DNA of 64,000 nt from Raillietiella orientalis (Eukaryota). Below the pieces are notes generated by a model that was not told the DNA's origin, ran no database searches, and saw only the letters and a program-made list of their open reading frames with translations. Position numbers and translations under genes: made by a program. This document shows, in pieces, positions 1-12,797 of the stretch. The first letter of the stretch is position 1. Every line of letters begins with the position of its first letter. Location of the stretch: NCBI GenBank assembly GCA_036172245.1, contig JAYWIR010000005.1:1178001-1242000 (forward strand). Reading direction: 5' to 3'.

Positions 1-1126
1 CTGTTGGGAATGGCGACGGCGGAAACCATGCGGCCTTTCTCTTCGTTTTTCGCGCTTTCGAAACCAGGAAACGCGAGTTTCGATTGCGGGGTGAGGGGAA
101 GCAAGGGAGGCGCAGCTCTTGGATCAGATGCCGGAAGAGACCGCCGTTTGTTCGCACTGCGTTGCAAACCGGAGGAGGATGCCGAAGGTTCCTCGTATCT
201 GGTCGCCACCCCGTTTGGGCAACAGCCAACGATGTGGCACGCCCTTGCTTCAGCAGCGATTCCCAGATCGTTACCTGAGGTGGAACACGAGTTCTGCATG
301 CCCGCAACATGTTCTGCATGCTTGCATCGCAAATGCTAATCCCCCTCTTTGTCCCTACACCACTCTGTTAAAGTTGTCCGTGCCAGTGGCCTCCAGAGAA
401 GAACCGTGCATAGGCGTCAGGCGAGTTTGTTTTGGTGCCCTATGGTGAACGCCAGAAGGTGGAGCACACGTGAGAAACGCGCCTGGCGCGAAAGCCGAAC
501 GAGGGAACCTTACGCGAGGAACCTTCGGCATTGGACGCAAGCTGGCGGTGTCAGCAGTGGCGTTGGCTGTGGATCACTCACGCTGACCCCCGAACGGGCT
601 CCGTGCTTTGGGCTTGGCCAGAGCCGAAAGTGCGCAACAAATTCCAAGGTTAGGCGCGGCCCTTCATCTTTGAATGAACTCAAGAGAACCCGTACGGGGG
701 CTGGTTGCGTGCCAGGTTGGCGACTCATCACGATCCAACCTCAGGTCAGGTCAGACCGTTTGCCGCTGGGCTCTGCTCTTCAGGCGGCTTTCGGCTTCGT
801 CCAGGGGCTCGTTCTCGAGTAGTGGAAGAGCCGCTGTTGAGGATCGCCTTCATAGCTTCAATCCCCTTACCCCCTGCCTCCTTCGGCTTAGGAAGAACTC
901 GTCCGAACGCGTGCCTTTGAGGGCACCGATCGGTGCACATGTGCTTCCACTACTCGAGAGAGGGACGCGTGCACGCTTTGGTTCGCATGTGCACTCAGCA
1001 CACTTTTAGGAAAAGATCCGTTAGCGCGCGTTGGGGAGGTCCCGGAAGTCCGTTGCGAACGGGAGCGAACAGCTGCAAAAGCAAAAGAAGAGATTGCCAA
1101 GAAACTGTAGCGTGTTTTATGTGTAG

Positions 1127-4100
1127 GACCAAAGCTCTGGTGTTGGAGCTTCTTGCCGCCGTTTGTTTGGTCAAAGGAGGACACGAGCTTATTTTGAGAG
1201 CTTTCGATCACTTCAAGAGTGTCTGCCACGAGTCTCGACGGTTCGAAACGCTGATGGGATATTTCAAAAATCCCGACGCCATCTGCACGGAATTCATGGC
1301 AAGTCTTTGGAACTTTTCTGACGCGACCGTGCTTCCCGGCGTTGTCCGACGGCGCTCGCGTTCGGGTGACCGCTCCCGGTGGCGTGGCACTCCCTCTGTC
1401 CGTCTAACGCGTACTTTCTCCTGTTCAGGGAGCCTGCATGCAGTTCATCAATGTGGTCGTGCACTGCGTCGAGGACCCACACTTTAGGATTTACCTCCAG
1501 TACGAGTTCAACCAGCTGGGCTTGGACTGTTTCCTGGAGAACCTGCGGCTGGTGTCCAGCGAGGACATCGAGGTAAGGTGTCTGCGGCTCCCTTGCCGTT
1601 CCCGGGAACACCGTGCTCCAAAACCGTAGCTCCAGATCGACGCCTACCTGGACAACGTGTTTGATGTGAACGCCTTGCTGGAGGACAGCTGCACGAAGCA
1701 TGAAGCGCTCGAGCAGGTGCTCAGACTGGAAGACGAGCTCGAAATCGTAAGGCTTCCGGACTTGATGTCCAGTTTTCTGCCCCCCCTTCTAACGCTGCCC
1801 ACGACGGTCTCGCCGTGCGCGCGCGCGTGTGCGCCCTTCCTTCCTTCCCATCCCCTTCTCGTGTCTTCCGGGACGACGAGAAGCAGCGCCTTCGTGTTGG
1901 ACGGAACAGCAACCTGCGCGTCTTGGTTCATCTCTGGAGGTCTGATGCCCATTCCTTTCCTACCTTGAAGACTGTTGCGCTTCGAGGGAAGGGTCAAGCA
2001 GCGGTCCGTCGTTTGCATGCATTCGTTCGTCGTGCATGCCGCCAGGCCTCTTCGCCTTATTCTCTGCAGGAGGAGGACGTCGGATGCGCCCAACGCGATC
2101 TTCCCTTGTTCCCCCCTCCCCTCTCCCCACATCCAAGACACAGTAGCTGCACGTGGTGCGAGCAAGCGGGTCTCCTTCGTTACGTTGTGGCGAACCCACC
2201 GCTTTCTTGGGTCCTGCGTCCACAGCACATTGCGCTCTCAGAAGCGCACATCGAAACGGTTCTCTCACGGGGCTGGACGAGGCGGTGGGTACTTGCCCAC
2301 CCGAGACTTTTTTTCTGCGCAGTTCCGAGCGAGGGCTGTCCCAGAGAACATCGGCCGAGCCGAAGGGCGAAGAGCGTGCTGTCGAACGTGCCCCAGGGCA
2401 AAGGGCAGTTCCCTTTTCTTTTGTAGCTACCTCCTTCCCGGGAGGTATGTAGCCAGAGGAGAGAAGGGAACGCGGGTTCTCTTTCCGGGCTGGAGGGGAA
2501 GGGATGACGGAGGACGGGAAAAGGCGGAAGCGGCCATGCCGCACCTCGTCGCGTTTCTTGCGAGTCCTCGTGGCAGTGCGATAACGGCGCACGCGGTTTC
2601 GCTCGCCGCTGCGACGGCGACGACATGTTGCTAAACGTGGCGCGCTCTTGTTGCCGTCGCGACCTCCTTCGAGGAGCGCCGTGAGTGCGGCCGGAACCTC
2701 GTCTTCTTCACTTCCTACAGTTGCGTCTTTTCGTGGTGACCTCTGCACCGTCACACAGGCTGCTGCTGCTGCCGCCGGCGTGCAGAGCCGCCGAGTGGCG
2801 GCCTTCTGTGCAAGAGACGGAGCAGTTTTTCTCGCCCTCCCTTGCAAAGGATCTTGTCCGCGAAGGCCACAGAGAAGAGCGCAAGCTTCGGCTGCCGTCG
2901 CTCCCTCTGCGCGTGCCCCTCTCGTCTCCTGGAGAGAGGAAGGCGCTCACGCTCCCCCGCCCCTGGCTCGGCCCGCCTCCCCGCGGAGCGGATGCGGAAG
3001 AGGAAGCGCGCCCAAGGCTACGCGGCCGCGCGCCTTCGAGGACGCTGCGCGAGTCCAGGACGCACTTCCGCCCCTGCTGCCGCCTCCGACGTAATCCTCG
3101 TTTCGGCGGGTCGTGGTGGTGGTGGTGGTGGTGGGAGGGCAGAGGTTGAATCCGTGCCTTGCCGTGGTTGCGGCAGTTCGCATGGAGCGGTCTCGCATCT
3201 GGTGGGGTGGGACAGGCTCGAGGGACGAAGGCGCACCGTAAGGCGAGCGACGAGAAAGAGAAATTCCGAAGGAGGTCGCTACTCCCCTTGGCCCGTCTCC
3301 CCTCGGGTCGCGGTAACCTCCCCTCCTTTCCCTTTTTTTTTTTTTTTCCGCCATGGTCTTTCTCTGCCGACGGCGCCTGTCTGCTGAGTAGTGGGAGGCA
3401 GAGGCCCACCTCCGAAAGTGTCCGCCAGTACCCCTCTCGTTGGCGCCGGAGGGTCCGGGAAGAGGAGGTCGCTGCGCTCCTCCATGCGCTACCGGGTTGA
3501 TTTGCCCGTGGGCTTCGCGCCGAGCCAGGCTAATGCGCCTCCTCCCGGTCGCACCCTCCCCCGTCGCATGTCTTTGCTTAACGTTCGTTCTTCCCGGAGG
3601 TGGGAAGTCGCGACCAGGTTTTGCTCCCCCTCCGTTCCCTCTCGGCTCCACAGCCGGCGTCGTCGCAATGGTGACCCGAGAGAAGAGGAAGGAAGCTGCG
3701 GCAATCGGTCGGATGGTCGATCCCCCTCTCCTCGCTCTCCGCAGCGGGAGGCGCGTGGACCTTCCGGTGCTCGCGGAGAGTTTCTGGCAGTGCCCGCAGT
3801 GGCAGCGTTGGATCTTCCGCTTCCTGCCCTCCGCTCGGCCAGCGCGCCGCCTCCCACTTCGTATTCTTCTTGTCGTTCCCCTTTTCGGAACGGAAACTCT
3901 TTTTCGTCCAGGCGGAGACCCTGCAACCGCTGTTGCCGCGGGAGCTGGAGGGAGGGCAGCTCCCGAATCCCTCAGACCCGGACGAGTTCCTACCGCCTGC
4001 TCCCACAAATGTTCCCGCCAGCTCGAAGATCCCGCTGTCTTGCCGCCGCCACTGCTTCGAGCCAACGTCCGCACGCCGTTCACCAGCTTCTTTGCTGCCT

Positions 4101-7100
4101 GAAGGGGGGACCCCCACTTTAGCGCCTTCCCTGCTTCCCATTTGTCGACAGCTCTCCATGCCAATGGAGGGTAGATATGGGGGAAACGCTGATTCCATAG
4201 GCTCCCTGCGCCACCTGGGGAGAGTGGACTGTGGGTGCGGACGTTGCCGTTGGCGATCGTGGGGGCAGGAAAGGCGGAGGAGGGCTAGGGGCCCCTTGAT
4301 CCAATGCGGAAAAGGGTCAGGCGACGGGATCCGTTTGTGGAGCGCAGGATGGCGACGAGACGATGGCGGCGCCTCCTCTCTTCCGCGGGCCGCACATCGA
4401 ACGAGGTCGCAGGGGAAGGAAAGACGTGGAAGGAGCTTGCCTGGGGTCCCCGAACGCAGCCGGCGCTGCCGTTCCGATCGTGTGCTTTCGTTTGCACGCT
4501 GCCAGCTCATGCGCTTTTTTTGCTTTTTTTTCCCGATCTTCAAGACTCGGGAAAAGAACCAAGAGCTCCAGAGGGACGCCCTGTTATGCCAGATGAAGCT
4601 GGAGGAGAGACTGGGAGATCTTCTGGCGGAGAAAGAGGAGCTACAGCACAGGGAAAAGCAGGTGAGTTTGAACCCAGGACATCCTCCCCGTTCCGACGTC
4701 CCTCACGTTCCTCCTTGCAGTGCGCCGAAGAGTTCCTTCGGATGAAACAAACCCTGACGCAAACAGAGCAGGAGGCGAAGAAGCGTCTTCAGGTATTGCA
4801 GAATGTTATTTCTGAAATGGAAACTAAGATGGAAAAAGACACCCGGACGATTTGCGCCGTCACCACCGCCGCCGCCACCATCACGACTACCGCTTTCCCT
4901 GACGTACAGAAACCCGCCCTTCCGCCGCCGTCGTTCAGGCCCGCGGCGAATGTCCCCTTACCCCCTCCTCCCCCTCCCTCGGACAGGACCTCGTTCATCC
5001 CTCCTCCTCCCGCTCCTCCTCCCGCCCCCAAGCTCTCCCGGGAGCCTTGCGAACCCCTGGTCATCAAGGAACCTCTGCAACCCAAGTACAAGCTTCCGAT
5101 GCTGCACTGGACCGTCCTCAAGCCGAACGAGGTAGGCAGGGAGGGACGTCTTTAGTGCGCATGCGCGGACCCCCGCTCTGTTGTCGCTCCGGCGGTGCTT
5201 CCCGGACGATGTTTCCAAAAGGGACTCGCGAGGGTCACATCGTCCAGATGCGCCCCCTGACTCCGGGGCGCGTCCTACCACCTCATCTCGCTGTCGGCGG
5301 GAGCACGCAGGTGTTGGGGCCAGGCCGCGGGCGACAAGAACCCTTCCTACTTCCTTGCCTCTTGTTGAGAGGCGGAAGGAGGAAAAGCCCTCTGGGAGTT
5401 GCATGGCCGCTGGATGATGTGGGCTGCGCGCGCAGAGACCCTGTTCTTTCCCCACTCCCACCCCCATCGTCTTATCGGTGGCTACGCGAGTCATTCCGCT
5501 TCCTCCTACGGGCGTGGTGCTCCCGGGAGCCCATTCCTCCTGTCCTTGCCGGGCGCCCCCGACTGCACGACGTTTCCGGGCGCGGACGCGGAAGACAACG
5601 GCGTTTCCTGCATCCTTCCCCTCCTCAGATCAGAGGGACGGTCTTCAACGAGATCAACGACGAGAAGCTGTACGGCATCATCGACTTCGCCTCCTTCGAG
5701 GAGCAGTTCAAGATGTGCGTTGATACCGTGCCCAACGGAACTCTGAAAGAGATGGAGCAGATGACCGTCTTCGGCAGCAAGAGGTTTAAGAAGCCCGACT
5801 GCGTCACGCTGCTGGAACACAACCGCCTCCGCAACCTGGGTACGTATTGTGGGGCCGCGCACGCGCAGCGGCGCACCGCCTCTTCGGAACTGTACGTGGA
5901 CTGGAAGCTGACACGGACTGACCCATTCCGCTAGTGAGAGGTCGCTCCCCCTCCCCCCCTCCCCCTTCCGTCTCGAGGGAAAGGGTCTCCTGCCCTTGTT
6001 CAACTGTTCGGTCCAAGATCGGGATCGCGGTCCCCCTTCTTGCGGCGCTGCCGCTGCTCCCCGATTGTGGACTCTTCAAGCCCTTTCTCCAGTTTCACCA
6101 GTCCGGACACCTGAGCTCTCAGTATCCTCGAGGGGAATGATCGGTAGAGATTGGGTGAGGATCGTCTTTCGTCGAGGCACCCAGTTGTAGAGGAGGGGTG
6201 AAGGCGCTCCCAGGAGACCTCGATCGGGGCACAAGGGACCTTCACTCGGTCCGATGAGATTTTCCGGGAGAAGATCCTGAGGGATACTGCAGACTGGTCG
6301 ATACCCGGGACCGTTTTACCCGTTCTCGTGTCGTCTGTCGAGCACCCGCGGCCATTCGTGTTCTCTTCTTGCGGGCCGTCCAAAAGTGAGGTCCCTCCTG
6401 AACTTCTACGGCATCTCCGTCTCCGTGGAGTAGTGAGCACGCCTTCCTCCGCACCCAGGGACCTGCCCCTAAGGATCGCTCCTAGGATCGGACCGGACTC
6501 AGCACTGTCATCGATTGCGGCTCGAAGGCGGCCGCATTTTCCTAATCGTCCGGAGGGGAGGGAAGGGGGAGGAGGGCACCTGCGACCAGGCATCGAAGCT
6601 GCAGCGGCAACCTTCGTGGCCGCGAAGCGGGTCGCGCATATCCTCTCGCTTTTCGTGCTCTCGTACAGCCGACTTTCCCTTTTTCTTTTGATTCAGTGGA
6701 ACGGAATCGAGCATTATTATCACAGATATCAACGAAGGAATATTCACAAGCAGATCATTGACCGGAATTGTTGCCTATACTCTCCAAGGGGGCTCGTTCC
6801 TTCTTGACCTTTTGCAGTCCTGCGCCTCCAAGTGCTGCCTTCTGTTTCAGCCATAAGCAGGAGGAAACTCGACCTGCCCATGCAAGCAGTCAGCAAAGCG
6901 ATCAACACTTTCGACCTGGGAGTCTTACCGCTGGAGCTGGTCGAGGTGCTGCAAAGGATGGTGCCCACCGAACAGGAGGTGAGCCGCCAGCGGCGGGCAT
7001 CCCGCAGCAGCATCCGATCCTCCTGTCTTATAGCACAAGGCCTACCTCAACTACGAGAAGGAAAAGAAGAATCCGAGCCACTTGACGGACGAGGACCGCT

Positions 7101-8841
7101 TCTTGATGTCCCTGTGCAAGATATCGAGGCTGAACACCAAGCTGAACATCATGCACTACCTGGGAGCGTTCACTGAGAACCTGAAGACTGTCACGCCGGT
7201 GAGCGGAGTCCCCCCCCCCCCCCGCTCCACCTGCAAGGCGGCGCCGCCGCTGCGGTTCTCCCCCTCGCTCGTGTGCACCTTCGATCCCCCACTCCTGAGA
7301 TCTTGGGGGAGCGCCCGCCTGCTTTCCAGAGGCAGCGGGATCGCGCGACCTTCGCTCTCGTGAACCCCGCCCCCTCTTGGCCGTCGCGTCATCATCCTCC
7401 GGTCGCGAGGCAAATTGGGGAAACCGCCCCGCACGTACGCAGCTCAGACGCGACTGCGTGCGCTCCCCACCCGTGAGCTGCCTCCCTTCCCCGCGGCTCA
7501 TGCGTCGTGACTCCCTTCTTCTCTTCAACCCTTTTGAGACATGCAGAAGCAGCGATGATTCCGAGGGGAGCAAAGCTCCTAGTGGATCACCGACATCTCA
7601 CTCACCCCTTCGGAGAGAGCCTGCGCAAACTGTCGAAACTTTGCGCGAGTTCAGGCACTTGCATAGGGCCGAGGGCGCGCGCTCAGCAGCACATCCAAAG
7701 GAAGCAAGCGCCATCGGCGTTCCCCGTTCCTTCCGTTTGCCCTATCGCGCTGGTCATGCCTTGCGGATCGAGGTCACCTAGAAGCCACGGGTCGCGCAGG
7801 TTACCCCTGCGCTGTTTTCGTCTACAGAAAATGGGCGTGTTCCGCGCGCGTTGTTTTCCGGGAGGTCGTGCGCCAGAAACGTGACCCCTTGGTGCGTTTT
7901 CCAGCAAATACGGACGATCATGGTCGCGTCCCACGAGGTCCGCAACTCGAAGAAGCTTCAGAAGCTGCTGGAGATCATCCTGGCCTTCGGCAATTACCTG
8001 AACAGCAGCAAGCGCGGATCGGCTTACGGGTTCCGCCTGCAGTCCATCGACGCTCTGACCGACGTCCGGTCCCACGACAAGCGCACCACGCTGTTCCACT
8101 ACATCGTGTACACCATAAAGGAAAAGTTCCCGGAGATCCATGGCATCGAGGTGGAGCTGTGCTTCGTGTACAACGCCGCCCAGGTGTGCCTGGAGAACCT
8201 CATCACTGACGTCGGCGACCTTGAAAAAGGGATGGACCTGATCAAGAAAGAATACCAGCTGCAGAAGGAGTCGAAAGACGACAAGAATTCTCGGCTGAAG
8301 GAGTTCCTGTGTTCCTCAGAAGAGAAGGTGAAGGAGATGTCGAGCAACTTCAAGATCGCCAACGAGGCGTTCATCGCTGCCGCGGAGTACTTCGGGGAAA
8401 ACACCCGGGGACTGACCTCAAAGGTGTTCTTCTCCTACTTCGTCCGCATGGCCAGGATGTACAAGGTAAGGTCCGCGCCTCTTTCTCGCGCCAATTTTTC
8501 CATTTCACATCCCCCCGTCCTTCCTCCCCTAGCAAGCCGAGCAGGACCTCGAATCCCGAAAAACAGGCGAGCGGGGAGACGATGCCGTCTCCCCCGCCAG
8601 CTTCGACAAAAGGCAACAGCAGCAGGCGGTCATCAACGAGCTGAAGCACAAGAACAGTAGCAGCCTCGCGGCGGACAAGAAGAGCTCCATCCAGCAGCAG
8701 GAGGTGTACGACGGCGTACTGGAGGACATCCTTCTCGGCCTGAAGAGCGAGCCGTACCGCCGCGTCGATGCTCTCCGCCGCAGCCAAAAGAAGAATGCGA
8801 GCCTGCTGTCCTCCCGCAACTCCGAAGACGCCGAGTTTTAG
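1127..8841 (+). CDS. FMNL: FMNL/FRL-family formin (FH3/DID, coiled coil, FH1, FH2, DAD), 5'-partial. Exons: 1127-1298, 1429-1572, 1630-1746, 4545-4661, 4721-5131, 5629-5839, 6851-6978, 7034-7198, 7905-8465, 8533-8841
   Basis: The spliced translation gives FMNL hallmark peptides: [46 protein letters not shown], a poly-Pro FH1, the FH2 motifs [12 protein letters not shown] and [18 protein letters not shown], and a DAD-like [18 protein letters not shown]. The stop TAG is at 8839-8841. All nine introns are phase-compatible (8 GT-AG, 1 GC-AG). I could not identify the upstream exons. Confidence 0.95.
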
Positions 8842-8974
8842 TCGGCCCGCCACAATCCCGGACAATCAGGGGACCGCTTCCCTGCAGGCAACGCAGTATT
8901 AAGGGTACTCCCTTCCCTAACAGTGACCGAAGGAGCCTTTTTTTAATTGGATACGAGAGTTTATATTTCATAGC

Positions 8975-8980
8975 AATAAA
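8975..8980 (+). terminator. Polyadenylation signal (AATAAA) of the formin gene
   Basis: AATAAA about 135 nt after the stop codon, followed by a T-rich tract. Confidence 0.7.
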
Positions 8981-9449
8981 GACGGAATTCTTTTTTTTTT
9001 GTTTGTTTCTTCCTTTCTTCCTCTTCCTCCAGGGCAACGCGACCTCCATCGAGCACGCGCAGTTCCTCCTTGGAGCGGCGGCTAAGGACGTCACCAGCGG
9101 GGAAAAGTCCCCGGCGCGACTACCCGGCTGTTCCGGGCGCGCACGCACTGGGACGAGCAACTCCGGCTCGGACGGGGGACGACGACCGAGGTTTCCCGCT
9201 TCCGAGGAGCTGGCGAGGTTGCGCGCCGGGACCTTCGACCTCTTCGTTTGCGGGGCTTCCGGGCCTCCTCCTCTCCTGCCGCCGCCATCCCCGCGCTCGC
9301 GTTGCTATCGGGAAAGCGGGAACGCACGACAGCGGCGACGCAAGCGCTCGAGGTAGGCGCCTCCGCTGCAGGCGGAGGGGCGGCTCCCACCCGGGGAGGC
9401 GGCCGCGGTCGACGGCTGCTCCCGCCTGGCGACCGGAAGCGGTGAGGAC

Positions 9450-9735
9450 CTGGGACAAAGATCAGGTGCTTCCCCGCAACCCGAACTCGTCCTGGCGGGG
9501 CAGCGGTCTCTGGTCTTTCCCCAGGAAAAGTAGCAGTCGCTGTCGTCGGATCCGGCTCATCGGGACATCGGGGGCAGGTGTCTTGGGCACGCACGTCCCT
9601 GAATTCCCCAGGCGTGACCAGAGTCCCACGTTTCGAGAAGGTCCGCGTTCCCGTTCCTCCCACCGACAAAGCCGAGTTCTGTCTCCGCTACTAGGTCCAT
9701 CCCCGGCCCCGATGGACCCCCGGGGCGTCCGCTAG
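9450..9735 (-). mobile_element. Decayed non-LTR retrotransposon ORF2 C-terminal (zf-RVT-like) fragment
   Basis: The minus frame reads RGTLVT...DTCPRCPDEPD, resembling the L-x-T...CxxC start of the L1/Tx1 cysteine-rich tail. Short matches (cggacgcccc, ggccggggatgg) link it to the repeat family at 45.8-46.2 and 58.5 kb. Confidence 0.4.
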
Positions 9736-10271
9736 GCGTCCCCGTTGCCTTCCCGTCTCCAGGGGCAAAGAAGGCGCTTGCGCGTTCCCTTCCTGTGCTT
9801 TCGATTCGCTCCTGAGAGGCGGTACGCGGTGACCCGCCGGCAAGCACTGGTAGATCCCACCGTTCCACCCCGCCCTTTTTCTTGGAGGCACGCAGGTGGA
9901 GGGGAGGAGGGGAAAGAACGGTGAGGTCGCCGCCGTCTCCGAGGTGGCGAGAAGCTGACCCCGTTCCATCTTTGCCCGAAGGCAAGCCACCTTTCTTTGC
10001 CACGCGGAGACTGCGGTTGTTGCCAGATGGCGTGGGCTGTCTGCGCCCACCGGGGAGAGAAGGGGAAGGCTTCGTCTGAGTCCACCTCGTGGGCCGGGGA
10101 ATGGCCGCCTCTTGATCCAGCGGCCGAAGAGTAAGTCGTGAGGAAGGCGGAAAGGTGGTTGGGATGTGGTTCTCCCTTTATTCCCCTCCGTGGTAGTGCG
10201 GCGGCTGCCGCCTTCGTTTGCTCCCGGGTTCGAAGTGGTCCCCGCCCTCCCGGGACTGGCTGGGGCGGATC

Positions 10272-10619
10272 CTAGCCGTCCCGCATCCCGAGGGCACTTC
10301 GGGGGAGGTTGCAGGAGTGGCCTCTCAGCATCTTGAGGTACTTCGTGCACAGCTCGCTGATGCGCTCGCTCTCCTCGATGCACCGGTCGACCTTAGCCCT
10401 GTAGTTCGCGTCGTCTCTCCAGGACGGGCAAGGGCCACCGTCGTCGTCCGGGTAGCTGTCGTCGTCCGGACAGCTGTCCTCGCGGCACCAGGCGTGGCGG
10501 CACGCGGAGTAGTCCGACCCCGAGGTCGACAGGTCGGTTGTCCCGCGGCAGCGCTTCTGCAATCCCGGAGTGCACGTCTCCTCGGCACAGGGCAGCCGGG
10601 GGTCCCGCGACCTCGGTCT
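10272..10619 (-). CDS. Terminal coding exon of an unidentified gene convergent with the formin (RPRSRDP...NYRAKVDRCIEESERISELCTKYLKMLRGHSCNLPRSALGMRDG*)
   Basis: Pyrimidine-rich acceptor (cctccccattaccctgtccag on - strand) and 116 codons with strong third-position G/C like the formin exons. Ends in TAG, with a minus-strand AATAAA at 10177-10182. Upstream exons are unresolved. Confidence 0.6.
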   Translation of the reverse strand, partial: RPRSRDPRLPCAEETCTPGLQKRCRGTTDLSTSGSDYSACRHAWCREDSCPDDDSYPDDDGGPCPSWRDDANYRAKVDRCIEESERISELCTKYLKMLRGHSCNLPRSALGMRDG

Positions 10620-12785
10620 CTGGACAGGGTAATGGGGAGGATTGCTTCTGTTGCTTGGGAACGGTGAGAAAGGGGTGAGGCACCGGCGGGGAGGGAACTT
10701 CGCCACCGGGGAAGCCGTCCTCCCGCCCCGGGGTGGCGGCGGCGGGGGATGGAAGGAGTAACGGACCGACTCCTCCGGCCAAGTCTCCGGGGGCTTCCGT
10801 TCGGCGGCGGAGCACCGCCACCAAATCGGGATGCTGTGGGTCAACTCGCAGCAGCGCTCCTCGCAGGGGGGGGGGCGGTGGCAGTATCGCTCACCCCCCC
10901 AGTGGGCACAGTTCAGGGACTGCATGCAGCAGGGGAGGTGGCGCACCTCAACGACCCGCGTCGGTCCTCTGCACGCCACGGAGGGCCTCTCTTCTCCTCC
11001 CCCCCCAACTCCGCGCGTGTCCTCCCTCCCCCACTGGAGAGGGCGACCTTCCAGCCACACAGCCTCCGTGCGCCGCTGCTCGTTGCCAGGGGGGGATAAG
11101 GCGCCGCCATGGGTAGGGAGGGGCGCCTCCGGGTGCAGGCATCTCCTCCTCCTCCCTTCGCCCGGCCACGTCCTCCACGCGCACCCGCAGCACAAGGGGG
11201 GAGAGGCCGCGGTTCGGAAGCGGCCACCGGCACCGCAGCAGACGTCCAGTCTCCTGCCTGGAGGCACTACCGAGGTGGCGGTGAGGCACCTCGTCCCTCC
11301 CGGGTCGCAGCTTCCTCCTCCCCCCGCCGACGTGGGACGCGTCTCCTGCGCCCACTGCTTCAGGACCGGGGGCTCCCTGGGGGATGCGGCCACACTTGGC
11401 CTTCCAGGGAAACGAAGGGAGGTTGAGGCGGGGTGTCTTGGCCCGGCGGTTGCTGGAACGCAGAGGAAGCAGGATGAGGAGTGGAGTGGTGAAAGGGAGA
11501 GGAGGGAGGGGGAGACGGAAAAGAAACTCGGGATCCCTCGGGATAAGCGGCTTTTCCCCCGAGGGACAAGGTCCAGCGTCCAGGGTTGCTCCGCCTGAAA
11601 CGGTCCTCTAGGCGGAGCGGAAACCTCGTCTCGGGAGCGATGGGCACAGCCCCTCGACCATTCCCCACAGTCCTCTCCAGGAAAGACGCCAGAACGCGAG
11701 AAATGCCGACGAGCGGGTTTCTGTGGAGGCAGCAAAAGGAGGGAGGCGACCACCTCTGCGGGTTACGACCAACGCACACGTTGGGTGCGGTGTGCCAGCA
11801 CCTTTCCTGTCCTTTTTTTCCATTCCCAGGCGGTCGGAGAGGTTGCAGGCGACGTGTGGCGACTCCGGTGGCGAAAGGGAAGAGGGTGGGGACGAGGGTC
11901 AGTGGCGGACTTAACTCGCTCTTTCTTCCGAAAAAGGGAAGAAATGGGGGGCAGGGAGACAGGGAAAGGAAGGGTCCAGAAGCCTTTCTCCTTCCTGGAC
12001 CTTTCCTCTTCGAACTTCCCAAGGACTCCTCTGCGCCGTCCTCTCCCCGCTCTCCCAAGTCGCGATTCGTTGCAGCCCGGCGGCTTCGGCTTCGCTTCAC
12101 CCGGGACGCTGCCGACGGGAGCGGGGAACGGGGGGGGAGCGCCATCGTGTTCGAGGAGCCGCCGTAACGGCTTGCCTCCTTTCATCCTCTTCGGACGATG
12201 TCCCCCTGCACCCAGTTCCCCCCTCCTCTTCCCCCTTCAGCCTCTCCGCTTGGATGCCTCGCATACTGACTAGTCCCTCCGAGATGAGTGAATCCTAAAC
12301 TCGCTATGTGCCCTACCCAACTTACAGCACTCCGGCCTAAAAACCCCGAGGAACCAGAAGTTTCCCTCGGTCTCCTTCCTGCCTTTGAACAGGGCGTGTC
12401 TCTCCTTGCGTACGTATCCCACGCCATTTCAGTTTCCCCAGCTCTGTGACATCAGAATCAGAAGGGTCGCCGATGACGGATGTGATCGAGCAGGGTTGCG
12501 AGCTGTTTTGCCATCCGATCAGTATTTGCCTTGTAGGCATGTGAACAGCATACTGAAAGCTGTCATCTCAAATGGCTAGTCATCATAAAGAGTGCCTTAT
12601 TTTCAGTGAATGGAAGAGAATCGGCCCTTGTGCCCCGAACACCTTTTGACTCCAAACATTCTCTACTTGCTAAAATCAAGCTCCTCAAAAGATCATGCGC
12701 GCTCAAGCACATGAATTTATTAAATTTCTAAATATTTACGAAAAAAATGCTAATGGAAGTTGGCTCTCCTGATAAGCCTAGTTCG

Positions 12786-12797
12786 CGCGCATGCGCG
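12786..12797. promoter_or_regulatory. NRF1/EWG-type palindrome CGCGCATGCGCG, candidate (bidirectional) promoter
   Basis: Exact GCGCATGCGC core at 12787-12796, next to an AT-rich tract at 12710-12760 and at a compositional boundary. Confidence 0.5.

Noticed and set aside
1..1126. Upstream formin exons (expected VCIMCLRAIMN-like segment)
   Set aside because: No frame gives the expected FMNL peptide, so these exons probably lie before the window.
5156..5166. Third NRF1-like TGCGCATGCGC
   Set aside because: It lies just inside a GC-rich formin intron with no other promoter context and may be chance.
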